A DNA stretch of 64,000 bases, taken from positions 68,980 to 132,979 of the forward strand of contig CASEVI010000001.1 of the NCBI GenBank assembly GCA_949291375.1, given 5' to 3'. A model generated the notes under the pieces. That model did not search any database and had not been told where the DNA came from. It was given only the letters and a program-made list of their open reading frames with translations. Shown here one piece after another: positions 1 to 8,956 of this stretch. The position numbers and the translations under genes were made by a program. Position 1 is the first letter of the stretch; each line of letters starts with the position of its first letter. This DNA comes from an uncultured bacterium. Lineage in GTDB: Bacteria > Bacillota_I > Bacilli_A > RFN20 > CAG-826.

Positions 1-188
1 CTATTCACCTTGTCGAATAATTCTTTAAATCTTTCGTAATTTTTAATTTCTTTATCAAAATTTAAAATTAATTCTGAAAACGATTTAAAACCATTAACTT
101 CATCTAGTAAAGCATTTAAAACGGTTGAATTGATATATTCTTTATTACCTTTCCCTTTATAAGAAAGATAAACTTCACGGTTAGTCAA
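1..188 (-). CDS. prmC: 5' part of probable peptide chain release factor N5-glutamine methyltransferase (truncated by window edge)
   Basis: Manual translation from a TTG at 188 overlapping the prfA stop gives an open frame to the window edge (MTNREVYLSYKGKGNKEYINSTVLNALLDEVNGFKSFSELILNFD...). The call rests mainly on the conserved prfA-prmC gene order. Confidence 0.65.
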   Translation of the reverse strand, partial: MTNREVYLSYKGKGNKEYINSTVLNALLDEVNGFKSFSELILNFDKEIKNYERFKELFDKVN

Positions 189-1263
189 GTTTGTTTCCTT
201 TGATAAGTTGTTCTTGTTCATAATTCATTAATGCCTCAATAATAGAATCAAGTTCACCTTCCATTACTCTATCTAATTGTTGAATTGTAAAACCGATTCT
301 ATGGTCAGTAACTCTATTTTGTGGGTAATTATAAGTTCTAATTTTTTCGTTTCTATCGCCACTTCCAATTTTTGAACGGAAAGAAGCTTCGGTTTTTTCT
401 TTCTTTTCTTCCTCTAATTGAGCAAGTTTAGAAGCTAACATTTGCATACAAATTTCGTGGTTTTGAATTTGAGATTTTTCTGTTTGGCAGGAAACAACAA
501 TTCCTGTAGGAATATGTGTAATTCTAACAGCTGATTCAGTTTTATTAACGTTTTGTCCCCCTGCTCCTTGAGAACGATATCTATCAACTCTTAAATCTTC
601 ACTTCTAATTGTAACTTCATTTACTTCAACTTGTGGCATAACAACAACTGTCGCAGTTGAAGTATGAATTCTACCACTTGCTTCAGTTTTAGGAACTCTT
701 TGGACTCTATGAACGCCACTTTCATATTTTAAATGTGAATAAGCATCAGCTCCGCTAACAACAAATGAAACATAGGAATATCCGCCGACTCCACAAGGAG
801 ATTCATCTAAAATTTTTACTTTATACCCTTCTTTATCACAATATCGCATATACATTCTAAATAAATCGCCAGCAAAAATATTTGCTTCGTCTCCACCAAC
901 TGCACCTTTAATTTCAAAAATAATATCTTTGCCATCATTTGGATCTTTAGGAATGAGCAAAATACGAAGTTCTTCAACTATTTTATCCATTTTTTCTTCG
1001 TTATTTTTAATTTCTTCTTTAGCCATTGAAGCAATTTCAGCATCAGAATCATTTGCCATTATTAAAGCATCATTTTTATTATTTTCTGCTTCTTGGTATT
1101 CATGAAATTTCTCAACAACTGGTTCAAGATTGCTTCTTTCTTTTGATAAAGATTTGAATAATTTCATATCTTTAGCAGTTTCTTCTTTTAATAATAAATC
1201 ATCGATTTCTTTTATTCTTTCTTCACTAGTTTTTAATCTATCATACATATTTTTATCCATCAT
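181..1263 (-). CDS. prfA: Peptide chain release factor 1
   Basis: GGQ motif (GAGGQNVNKT), RF1-type GVHRVQRVPKTE, RIHTS. Start moved to ATG 1263, which has a GGAGG RBS upstream. Confidence 0.97.
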   Translation of the reverse strand: MMDKNMYDRLKTSEERIKEIDDLLLKEETAKDMKLFKSLSKERSNLEPVVEKFHEYQEAENNKNDALIMANDSDAEIASMAKEEIKNNEEKMDKIVEELRILLIPKDPNDGKDIIFEIKGAVGGDEANIFAGDLFRMYMRYCDKEGYKVKILDESPCGVGGYSYVSFVVSGADAYSHLKYESGVHRVQRVPKTEASGRIHTSTATVVVMPQVEVNEVTIRSEDLRVDRYRSQGAGGQNVNKTESAVRITHIPTGIVVSCQTEKSQIQNHEICMQMLASKLAQLEEEKKEKTEASFRSKIGSGDRNEKIRTYNYPQNRVTDHRIGFTIQQLDRVMEGELDSIIEALMNYEQEQLIKGNKLD

Positions 1264-1478
1264 ATTTTTATCCTCCACTTTAAAAATAAAATAATACAAA
1301 TAATTAACGTTATATACGTTTTAAAGTAGTTTCAAAAAGATTTATGTGAATAATAACGACTTTTCTTTTTTCCATGCGCCTTATTATATTAAATTAATTA
1401 AGATAAATAAACTTATAAGTATCTTAAATATTAATATTTAAGATTAAATAAGTTATAATTTTTAGGTAATTAAATTTT

Positions 1479-3170
1479 ATGTCTTATCTTGCTTTATATA
1501 GAAAATATCGTTCAACTTCATTTGATGAAGTTTATGGACAAAAACCAATTGTTAAAACTCTTGAAAACGCTTTAAGAGAAAATAAAATTGCTCACGCATA
1601 TCTTTTTAGTGGACCAAGAGGAACAGGAAAAACATCTATTGCTAGACTTTTTGCAAAAGCTTTAAATTGCGAAGAAGGAATGGGCAATATTTGTAATCAT
1701 TGTTCAAATTGTAAAGAAATTAGCGAAGGAACTTCTCCTGATGTTATAGAAATTGATGCTGCTAGTAATAGTGGGGTTGAAGAAATAAGAAATTTAATTG
1801 AAAGAGTTAAATATGCTCCAACTAAATCAAGATATAAAGTCTATATCATCGATGAAGTTCATATGTTAACTACAAACGCTTTCAATGCTTTACTTAAAAC
1901 TTTAGAAGAACCTCCTTCTAACGTAGTTTTTATTTTATGTACGACTGAATTATATAAAGTTTTACCAACTATTGTTTCTAGATGTCAAAGATATGAATTC
2001 AAAAAATTAAGCGATGAAGAATTAACTTCTCTTTTGAGTGATGTTTTAAAAAAAGAAAATATTAGTTTTGAAAATGATGCAATTACCGAAATCGTCGAAC
2101 TTGCTAATGGTGGAGCTAGAGACGCTTTATCGATTTTAGATCAACTTATTTCATTTACATCTTCTAATTCATTACACGCAAAAGATATCGAATCATTATT
2201 TGGACTAACAACAAAAAAAGAAAAAATTACATTATTAGAATTAATTAAAAATAAGGATTATCAAAATTTGGTATCATCTTTTAACAACTTAATTTCAAAA
2301 AATGTTGATCTAACACGCTTAATTAATGATTTATTAACCATGTTAAAAGATGCTTTAATCGCTTCAAAAATTAAAAACAATAAGGAAGATTTATATACTT
2401 CATTAATAAATAAATATTTTAATGAAGAAGAAATCTCAAATATGATTAATGTTCTTTTAGAATTAATAAAAGAATTAAAAATAACGAATAATCCTTCTCT
2501 TTTAATCGAACTTTACTTAATTAAACTTATCGATACAAATACTTCTATAAAAGAAGTAAAAAGTAAAAAAGATGAACCTGTTAAAGAAAAAGTTATCGTT
2601 AAGGAAGTAGTTAAAGAAGTTCCTGTTATTAAAGAAGTTGTTAAGGAAGATAAAAATCCAACTCCTACTTCAATTATTAATACAATTTCTAAACTCGATC
2701 CAATATTTAATGAAGAAAAAAGGGATGTATTTAATCAAGATAATGGTCTTATAAAAGATGGGACTTCTTATGTTTTAAGTCAAGATGACTTAATCAAATT
2801 AACGGTTTTATCAAATAAAGAAGCTAAAAGAGAATTAATGAGTAGATGGAAATTATTAATTCCATTTAAAAAAAATCCTTCTTTAGAACCTTATATAACA
2901 CTTCTTTTAGAAGGTGTTCCATATTTACTTACTGACACAATACTTGTTTTATCTTATAATCTTTCTTCGAGAGCTAAATTAATTAATATAAAAGCTAACC
3001 AAGCAAAACTTCAAGAATGCTTATATAAAATTGTTGGTAAAAATATTAATATTTATGCTTTAGATAGAATTCAATCGACTAATTTAGTTAGTTTATATAG
3101 GAATTTAGATGAAGTAAAAAGACTACCTAGAGCAAGAGATTTGAATATAAATGATATTAAATTTGAATAA
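1479..3170 (+). CDS. dnaX: DNA polymerase III subunit gamma/tau
   Basis: ALYRKYR, Walker A GPRGTGKT, Zn motif CNHCSNC, DEVHML, SRC motif. Confidence 0.97.
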   Translation: MSYLALYRKYRSTSFDEVYGQKPIVKTLENALRENKIAHAYLFSGPRGTGKTSIARLFAKALNCEEGMGNICNHCSNCKEISEGTSPDVIEIDAASNSGVEEIRNLIERVKYAPTKSRYKVYIIDEVHMLTTNAFNALLKTLEEPPSNVVFILCTTELYKVLPTIVSRCQRYEFKKLSDEELTSLLSDVLKKENISFENDAITEIVELANGGARDALSILDQLISFTSSNSLHAKDIESLFGLTTKKEKITLLELIKNKDYQNLVSSFNNLISKNVDLTRLINDLLTMLKDALIASKIKNNKEDLYTSLINKYFNEEEISNMINVLLELIKELKITNNPSLLIELYLIKLIDTNTSIKEVKSKKDEPVKEKVIVKEVVKEVPVIKEVVKEDKNPTPTSIINTISKLDPIFNEEKRDVFNQDNGLIKDGTSYVLSQDDLIKLTVLSNKEAKRELMSRWKLLIPFKKNPSLEPYITLLLEGVPYLLTDTILVLSYNLSSRAKLINIKANQAKLQECLYKIVGKNINIYALDRIQSTNLVSLYRNLDEVKRLPRARDLNINDIKFE

Positions 3171-3188
3171 AAAAGGAGAAAATTTACT

Positions 3189-3494
3189 ATGAATATGCAA
3201 CAAATGCTTCAATCTGTTAAAAAGATGCAAAGAGAATACGAAAAAGAACACAAAAAATTAGAAGAAACCACTTTTAAAGGAAGCGCAAATGGAATCGTTG
3301 AAGTTTCTTTAAAAGGTGATTTTACATTAGAAAAAGTAATTATTTTAGATGATTCTATCTTAACTAAAGATGATAAAGATATGATTGAAGAGGCTGTTGT
3401 TTTAGCTTATAACAAGGCAAAAGAAGAAATTATGGCTAAAGAAGATGAGCTTATGGCTAAATTTCAACAACAACCTGGAGGAATGTTCTTTTAA
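3189..3494 (+). CDS. ybaB: YbaB/EbfC family nucleoid-associated protein
   Basis: 101 aa, MNMQQMLQ...D.DM.E..V.AYN.A pattern, located between dnaX and recR. Confidence 0.9.
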   Translation: MNMQQMLQSVKKMQREYEKEHKKLEETTFKGSANGIVEVSLKGDFTLEKVIILDDSILTKDDKDMIEEAVVLAYNKAKEEIMAKEDELMAKFQQQPGGMFF

Positions 3495-3496
3495 AA

Positions 3497-4093
3497 ATGA
3501 AGGAACTTTTATCAATAATTAATTTAACTGAAGCTTTTAAATCATTCCCATCAATTGGCGAAAAAACCGCAGAAAGAATGGCTTATGCCATTTTAGATAT
3601 GGATCATCGAAAAGTAGATTTTTTAATTAACTCAATTAAAGAAGCGAAAGAAAAAATTCATGCTTGTCCTAATTGCGGTGCATTAATAGATACAAACGAA
3701 TGCCCTTATTGTGGAAAAGATAGAAGCCACGATATCTGTATTGTTGTTTCTTATCCAAAAGATATTTTAACTTTCGAAAGAACAGAATCTTATAAAGGAA
3801 TTTATCATTGTTTAAATGGAGAAATATCTTCTTCAAAAGGTAAAACTATTAAAGATTTAAACATTGATCAATTAACTTATCGAATTAAAAAAGAAAATAT
3901 CAAAGAATTAATTATTGCAACTAATCCAACAATTGAAGGCGAAACTACTGCTTTATATATAGCAAAAATCTATGAAGATTATCCTATTAAAGTATCTCGT
4001 CTTGCTCATGGGATTCCAATGGGCTCAAATATTGAATATAGTGATAATTTAACTCTTTTGAAAGCTTTAGAAAATAGAACGGATTTAAAATAA
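3497..4093 (+). CDS. recR: Recombination mediator RecR
   Basis: PSIGEKTAER HhH, C4 zinc finger CPNC...CPYC, Toprim IIATNPTIEGE, SRLAHGIP. Confidence 0.97.
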   Translation: MKELLSIINLTEAFKSFPSIGEKTAERMAYAILDMDHRKVDFLINSIKEAKEKIHACPNCGALIDTNECPYCGKDRSHDICIVVSYPKDILTFERTESYKGIYHCLNGEISSSKGKTIKDLNIDQLTYRIKKENIKELIIATNPTIEGETTALYIAKIYEDYPIKVSRLAHGIPMGSNIEYSDNLTLLKALENRTDLK

Positions 4094-4108
4094 ATATAGG
4101 TATAAATT

Positions 4109-4735
4109 ATGTTTATAAGTTTTGAAGGAATAGATGGATCTGGAAAATCAACAATTGCAAAAATGGTTGATGAAAGATTAAGGAAAGAAGGTTATCAAAC
4201 AGTTTTAACACGCGAACCTGGCGGAGTAAAAATCGCAGAGGATATACGTGCTATTATTTTAGATAGAAACAATACAAATTTAGATGACCATACTGAAGCT
4301 CTTCTTTTTGCTGCAGCAAGAAGACAACATTTAAAAGAAAGAATATTGCCCGCTTTAAAAGAAAATAAAATTGTTTTATGTGATAGATTTGTAGATTCAT
4401 CTTTAGCTTATCAAGGTGGAGGAAAACATCTTGGCGTAGATGAAGTTTATAGTATAAATATTTTTGCTACTGATAATCTTTTACCAGATTTAACCCTTCT
4501 TTATGATATGGATCCAAAAGATGCTTTAAAAAGAATAGATAAAAATAAAAATAGAGAAGTTAATCGTTTAGATTTAGAAAAATTATCTTTTTATAATACA
4601 GCTAGAGAAACTTTTTTAGATTTAGCAAAAAAATATCCAAAAAGAATTAAAATTGTTGATGCTTCTAAATCCATCAATGAAGTTTTTGAAGATTCAATAA
4701 AAATTATCGAAGAAAAATTGCATGAAAGTAAGTGA
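4109..4735 (+). CDS. tmk: Thymidylate kinase
   Basis: FISFEGIDGSGKST, TREPGG, CDRFVDSSLAYQG. Confidence 0.97.
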   Translation: MFISFEGIDGSGKSTIAKMVDERLRKEGYQTVLTREPGGVKIAEDIRAIILDRNNTNLDDHTEALLFAAARRQHLKERILPALKENKIVLCDRFVDSSLAYQGGGKHLGVDEVYSINIFATDNLLPDLTLLYDMDPKDALKRIDKNKNREVNRLDLEKLSFYNTARETFLDLAKKYPKRIKIVDASKSINEVFEDSIKIIEEKLHESK

Positions 4736-5690
4736 AAAATTGAAAATATATCAGCCTAACGCTTATAACTTATTTTATAACGCTTTAAAAAATAATAAAT
4801 TTTTCCATGCTTATTTACTAGTTTCAAAAAAAGGTAGTTCATTAGGAACTTATGCAAAATATATAGCAAAATCTTTACTTTGTGAAAAAGATATCTTTGC
4901 TTGCGAAAATTGTAATACTTGCTTAAGAGTTGAAGAAGAAACTTATGGCGATTTTTTAATGCTCGATGCAAGAATGGATTCATTAAAAATCGATGATATA
5001 AAAAACAAAATTGAAGATCTTTTTTCTCGTTCAGCTTCAGAAAAAAGAGGAATAAAAGTTTATATAATTGAAAATATTGAATATTTAAACGCAAAAATGG
5101 CAAATGCTCTTTTAAAATTTATTGAAGAGCCTCCTAAAGATACTTATGCGATTTTTACTAGTGAAAATGAAGGAAGAATTCTTCCAACTATCCTTTCTAG
5201 ACTTGAAATTGTGCGTTTTAAAGATATCGATAAAGAAATTTTTATAAATAGGGCTAAAGAAGAAGGAATAATTAATGAAGATTTTTATTTACTTTCTTAT
5301 TTATATAATGATTATGATGAAATCGTTTTAAATTTAACCAATCCTTCATATTTAAGTGTAAAGGAATTATTAATTGAATTTATAAAAAGACTTTCTAGGA
5401 AAGCTGAAGCAAGATTTTTTATTGAAAAAAACATTATTCCTTCCCTTAATAGTAAAGAGAAAATTTATATTTTTTATGATTTATTAAGTGCATTTTTTAA
5501 TGAAGCGATTAAAAATAAACTAAAGGACAAAATATTTTTAGCCCCTTATTTAGGATTAATTGAAATCATTAATAAAAATATTCCTAATCTTGAACACGCT
5601 ATAAAAGTTATTTTAGAAGATGAAAATTTAATTTCAAAAAATATTAATCCATCACTTCTTTTATTAAATACTTTAACTAACCTCTATTAA
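4722..5690 (+). CDS. holB: DNA polymerase III subunit delta'
   Basis: HAYLL, CENCNTC Zn motif, NALLKFIEEP, ILPTILSR, follows tmk. Confidence 0.9.
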   Translation: MKVSEKLKIYQPNAYNLFYNALKNNKFFHAYLLVSKKGSSLGTYAKYIAKSLLCEKDIFACENCNTCLRVEEETYGDFLMLDARMDSLKIDDIKNKIEDLFSRSASEKRGIKVYIIENIEYLNAKMANALLKFIEEPPKDTYAIFTSENEGRILPTILSRLEIVRFKDIDKEIFINRAKEEGIINEDFYLLSYLYNDYDEIVLNLTNPSYLSVKELLIEFIKRLSRKAEARFFIEKNIIPSLNSKEKIYIFYDLLSAFFNEAIKNKLKDKIFLAPYLGLIEIINKNIPNLEHAIKVILEDENLISKNINPSLLLLNTLTNLY

Positions 5691-5715
5691 GTTTTACTTA
5701 CGAACGAAAAAAATT

Positions 5716-5755
5716 GACTTCATTTTTCTTTCATTCGAAAAATGAGGCTTTTTTT
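5716..5755 (+). terminator. Intrinsic terminator of dnaX-holB operon
   Basis: Hairpin GACTTCATTTTTC / GAAAAATGAGGC followed by a T7 tract. Confidence 0.75.
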
Positions 5756-5789
5756 ATTAAAAAATATGAAAAAAATATGAAAAAAGTAC

Positions 5790-5818
5790 TTTACAAAAAT
5801 TATTTTTCTTCATAATAT
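5790..5818 (+). promoter_or_regulatory. SigA-type promoter for the downstream ncRNA candidate
   Basis: TTTACA (5790-5795), 17-bp spacer, TAATAT (5813-5818). Lies after the holB terminator with no + strand ORF downstream. Confidence 0.55.
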
Positions 5819-5826
5819 AAAGTCAA

Positions 5827-6189
5827 TAAAAGAGTTCAGGGAACGATATCCTTAACTTCCTAATCATAGATTTTCTAAAAAATACTAGATGGATAATATA
5901 ATATTTTTTAAAAAAAGAAGTCTAGGAAAAATAGAAAATGGGAAACCAGTAATTAAACAATTACTTCTATGATATCCAGAAAGATCCTTTGTTTAATAAT
6001 TATTATTTAAAGATAATGAAGACAAAGTAATAAGATGTAAAGAAGAATTTGTAGGAAATGGAATTAGGAATTAAGAAAAGATTACCAGCTAGGAATTAAG
6101 GATAATCTAGTCTTAATGGGAGAGATAGTATAAAAAAACTATCGATGATGTGTAAGGTGGTAGAAAATTAAGTAAACTGAACTCTTTTA
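5827..6189 (+). ncRNA. Unassigned large structured RNA (about 363 nt)
   Basis: Perfect 13-bp closing stem (5827-5839 / 6177-6189) plus at least seven internal complementary pairs including a GAAA-tetraloop hairpin. G-rich and C-poor on the + strand, no ORF, upstream promoter. Confidence 0.7.
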
Positions 6190-6195
6190 GTTTAT

Positions 6196-6687
6196 TTAAA
6201 CTACAAGTTCATATGCTAATCGTGGAGAACCATTTTTAAGATAAATGACTCCACATTTTTTAAAGTCAAATTTTGCTAAAACATATTGAAAGACTTTATT
6301 ATCTTCATGTGTATCAATACGAATATGATCAGTTTTTGTTAAACAAAAAGCTAAGACATAACTAAAAACATGGTTTATCTTTTGAGCACTCGCTAAAGAA
6401 TGAATAGTTCCATAAGCTGAATTATCTACCCATTTTCCATTTTCAATATATTTATAGGTTGGATCTTCTCCTAAAATAAAGGCAAAAGAGAATAATATTT
6501 CGTTATTTTCATTAATTCCAAGATATAAATTACCATCTAATATATGACTCTTAATTAATTCTAAAGATGGGTTATTATCTCCCCATTGATTAGGATTATT
6601 CGTTTTTTTCATATATTCTCTAGCTATTTTATAGACTTCCATAATCTCATTAAGTCTATTTAAATTAGCTTTAATAATATTTACCAT
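6196..6687 (-). CDS. GNAT family N-acetyltransferase
   Basis: 163 aa, HSLAS motif A region, [12 protein letters not shown]...FKKCG. Start overlaps the glyA stop. Confidence 0.8.
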   Translation of the reverse strand: MVNIIKANLNRLNEIMEVYKIAREYMKKTNNPNQWGDNNPSLELIKSHILDGNLYLGINENNEILFSFAFILGEDPTYKYIENGKWVDNSAYGTIHSLASAQKINHVFSYVLAFCLTKTDHIRIDTHEDNKVFQYVLAKFDFKKCGVIYLKNGSPRLAYELVV

Positions 6688-7955
6688 ATTAAAAAAGTAG
6701 GATGTTTTTTATTTAAGTTTACAACTTCTTCTTTTAAAGAAGACAAAACCTTTTCATCATTACGATTGTTAATTGCTTTATCAATAATATTTGCAACTAA
6801 TCTAAAATCATCTTCATTATACCCTTTAGTGGTCATCGCAGGTGTCCCAATTCTAATTCCAGATGTAAACATTGGTTTTTCTTTATCTCCAGGAATAGAA
6901 TTTTTATTTACGGTAATATTAACTTTTTGTAATAAATCTTCTACTTCTTTTCCTGTAACTCCTTTAGTTGATTTTACATCAAGCAAAATCATATGGTTAT
7001 CAGTTCCTCCACTTATAACTTTATATCCTAATCTCATAAATTCATCTGCTAAAGCTTTAGCATTTTTAACTACGTTAACCATATATTCTTTATAAGAAGG
7101 TTCTAAATCTTCTTTAAAAGCAACTGCTTTAGCGGCAATTATGTGTTCTAAAGGTCCGCCTTGACAGCCAGGGAATAAAGTTTTATCTATTTTTTTAGCT
7201 AATTCTTCATCGTTAGTCATAATAATTCCACCTCTAGGTCCTCTTAAAGTTTTGTGAGTTGTTGAAGTTATTACATCAGCATAACCAACAGGTGAATTAT
7301 GTAAATTTGTAGCAATAAGTCCAGCAATATGGGCAATATCAGCCATTAAATAGGCACCGCATTCATCGGCAATTTCTTTAAACTTCTTAAAATCGATTTC
7401 TCTAGGATAAGCACTTGCTCCACAAATAATTAAATTAGGTTTTACTTCTAAAGCTATTTTTCTTACTTCATCATAATCTATTAAACCAGTTTCAATATTA
7501 ACTCCATACGTAAATGATTCATAGTCTTGACCAGAAAAAGATAATTTATAACCATGAGTTAAATGACCTCCGGCATCTAAAGACATGCCTAAGATTTTAT
7601 CACCATGATTAATTAAACTTCTTATAGCAGCCATATTAGCACTACTTCCAGAATGTGCTTGGACATTTACATATTTAACATTAAATAGTTTTTTTAATCT
7701 TTCTCTAGCTAAGTCCTCGATTTTATCGATATATTGACACCCTCCATAATATCTTTTTGAAGGATATCCTTCAGCATATTTATTAGTCAAAATACTTCCT
7801 TGAGCTTCTAAAACAGCTTTAGAAACAAAGTTCTCACTAGCAATTAACTCAATATGTTCATTTTGTCTTTGGTGCTCTAATTCGATAAAATCAAATATTT
7901 CTTTATCTTCTTTTTCTAAATAACTCATTATTATGTTCTCCATTTTTATATACAT
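6681..7955 (-). CDS. glyA: Serine hydroxymethyltransferase
   Basis: [25 protein letters not shown] lysine in [13 protein letters not shown]. True start may be 7943 or 7928. Confidence 0.98.
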   Translation of the reverse strand: MYIKMENIIMSYLEKEDKEIFDFIELEHQRQNEHIELIASENFVSKAVLEAQGSILTNKYAEGYPSKRYYGGCQYIDKIEDLARERLKKLFNVKYVNVQAHSGSSANMAAIRSLINHGDKILGMSLDAGGHLTHGYKLSFSGQDYESFTYGVNIETGLIDYDEVRKIALEVKPNLIICGASAYPREIDFKKFKEIADECGAYLMADIAHIAGLIATNLHNSPVGYADVITSTTHKTLRGPRGGIIMTNDEELAKKIDKTLFPGCQGGPLEHIIAAKAVAFKEDLEPSYKEYMVNVVKNAKALADEFMRLGYKVISGGTDNHMILLDVKSTKGVTGKEVEDLLQKVNITVNKNSIPGDKEKPMFTSGIRIGTPAMTTKGYNEDDFRLVANIIDKAINNRNDEKVLSSLKEEVVNLNKKHPTFLIW

Positions 7956-8016
7956 CTAAGATAGATTTTAAAGTTTAAAATTATAAATGCAACAAATAAA
8001 TTAAAAATATAAAATA

Positions 8017-8032
8017 ATTTTCACGTGGAAAT
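8017..8032. promoter_or_regulatory. parS-like site (intergenic)
   Basis: ATTTTCACGTGGAAAT. The inner 12 bp are identical to the B. subtilis parS core TTTCACGTGGAA. Confidence 0.45.
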
Positions 8033-8131
8033 AAATTTTAGGCATTATAGTTAATAAACTATAATCTATTGAAAAAAGATGTCTAAAATAATAAACTTTA
8101 TAATAGTTTTTTAAGAACAAAGGTTAATTTA

Positions 8132-8956
8132 ATGGAATACTATATTAGTGTAAAATTTTCTAAATCAAATAAAACATATTACTTTGGAACTGACGATTCT
8201 ACTTTAAAAGTCGGTGATTTTGTTGTAGTTGATACAGTAATTGGAATTGAAATGGGTGAAGTTGAAGAACTTCCTCGTTTAATGTCGACTTTAAAATTTC
8301 CTTTAGAAATCAAACCAATAGTAAGAAAAGCAACTTTAGAAGATATAAAAGCTTTTAATTATAATGCAACCGCTGCAATTTCAGCAGCAAAAGTATTTGA
8401 AAAAGATGCTACAATATTAAATTTAAATATGAATTTAATTTCTGCTCAATATACTCTTGATCGCACAAAAATTTTATTTACATATGTTGCTGATGAAAGA
8501 GTCGATTTTAGAGAATTATTAAAAAATCTAGCAAATGAATTACATTGTCGAATAGAACTTAAGCAAATTAATGCAAGAGAAAGAGCCCAATTAATCGGCG
8601 GAATTGGTACATGCGGATTACCTCTTTGCTGTACTACTTTTTTAAATACTTTTGATGGAGTTTCTCTTAATAGAGCTAAAAATCAAATGTTAACAATTAA
8701 TATTCCTAAACTTTCTGGACAATGTGGAAAATTAATGTGTTGTTTAAAATTTGAAGATGATTTATATACCGAAGAAAAGAAAAAATATCCTTCAATCGGC
8801 ACTAAAGTTGTGATAAATAATAAAGAATATAAGATTACTTCTTATAATATTTTAACTAAAATCATTAGACTTGACGCTAGTGATGATGTTGAATTTCTAT
8901 CTTTAGATGATGTTAATAAATTAATTAGAAAAAATAACAAAAATGAATCAAAATAA
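8132..8956 (+). CDS. yaaT: PSP1 domain / stage 0 sporulation family protein (YaaT/RicT-like)
   Basis: RVDFRELL, RIELKQI, GGIGTCGLPLCC, KLSGQCGKLMCCLKFE. Confidence 0.92.
   Translation: MEYYISVKFSKSNKTYYFGTDDSTLKVGDFVVVDTVIGIEMGEVEELPRLMSTLKFPLEIKPIVRKATLEDIKAFNYNATAAISAAKVFEKDATILNLNMNLISAQYTLDRTKILFTYVADERVDFRELLKNLANELHCRIELKQINARERAQLIGGIGTCGLPLCCTTFLNTFDGVSLNRAKNQMLTINIPKLSGQCGKLMCCLKFEDDLYTEEKKKYPSIGTKVVINNKEYKITSYNILTKIIRLDASDDVEFLSLDDVNKLIRKNNKNESK

Noticed and set aside
1310-1375. 21-aa ORF (MEKRKVVIIHINLFETTLKRI) upstream of prfA on the minus strand
   Set aside because: Only a weak RBS and no recognisable motif. Such short ORFs are expected by chance.
2564-2571. A6G run after dnaX domain III as a gamma/tau frameshift site
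   Set aside because: The frame is AAA-AAA-G, not the A-AAA-AAG needed for the E. coli-type -1 shift. No stimulatory hairpin is seen and A runs are ubiquitous here.
4756-5103. Antisense ORF inside holB
   Set aside because: Shadow ORF with no motif, fully overlapping a well-supported gene.
5827-6189. Assignment of the structured RNA as RNase P, tmRNA, SRP, 6S, T-box or retron ncRNA
   Set aside because: The diagnostic sequences of each family are absent on both strands, no downstream co-oriented gene exists for a T-box or riboswitch, and no reverse transcriptase is in the window.
6766-7095. Antisense ORFs inside glyA, pyrG (13632), pfk-like (17560), SBP (23671, 24541), acnX (37870), OYE (40352), P-type ATPase (60816) and ABC (62388)
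   Set aside because: Typical opposite-strand shadows of conserved genes. No RBS or motif support.
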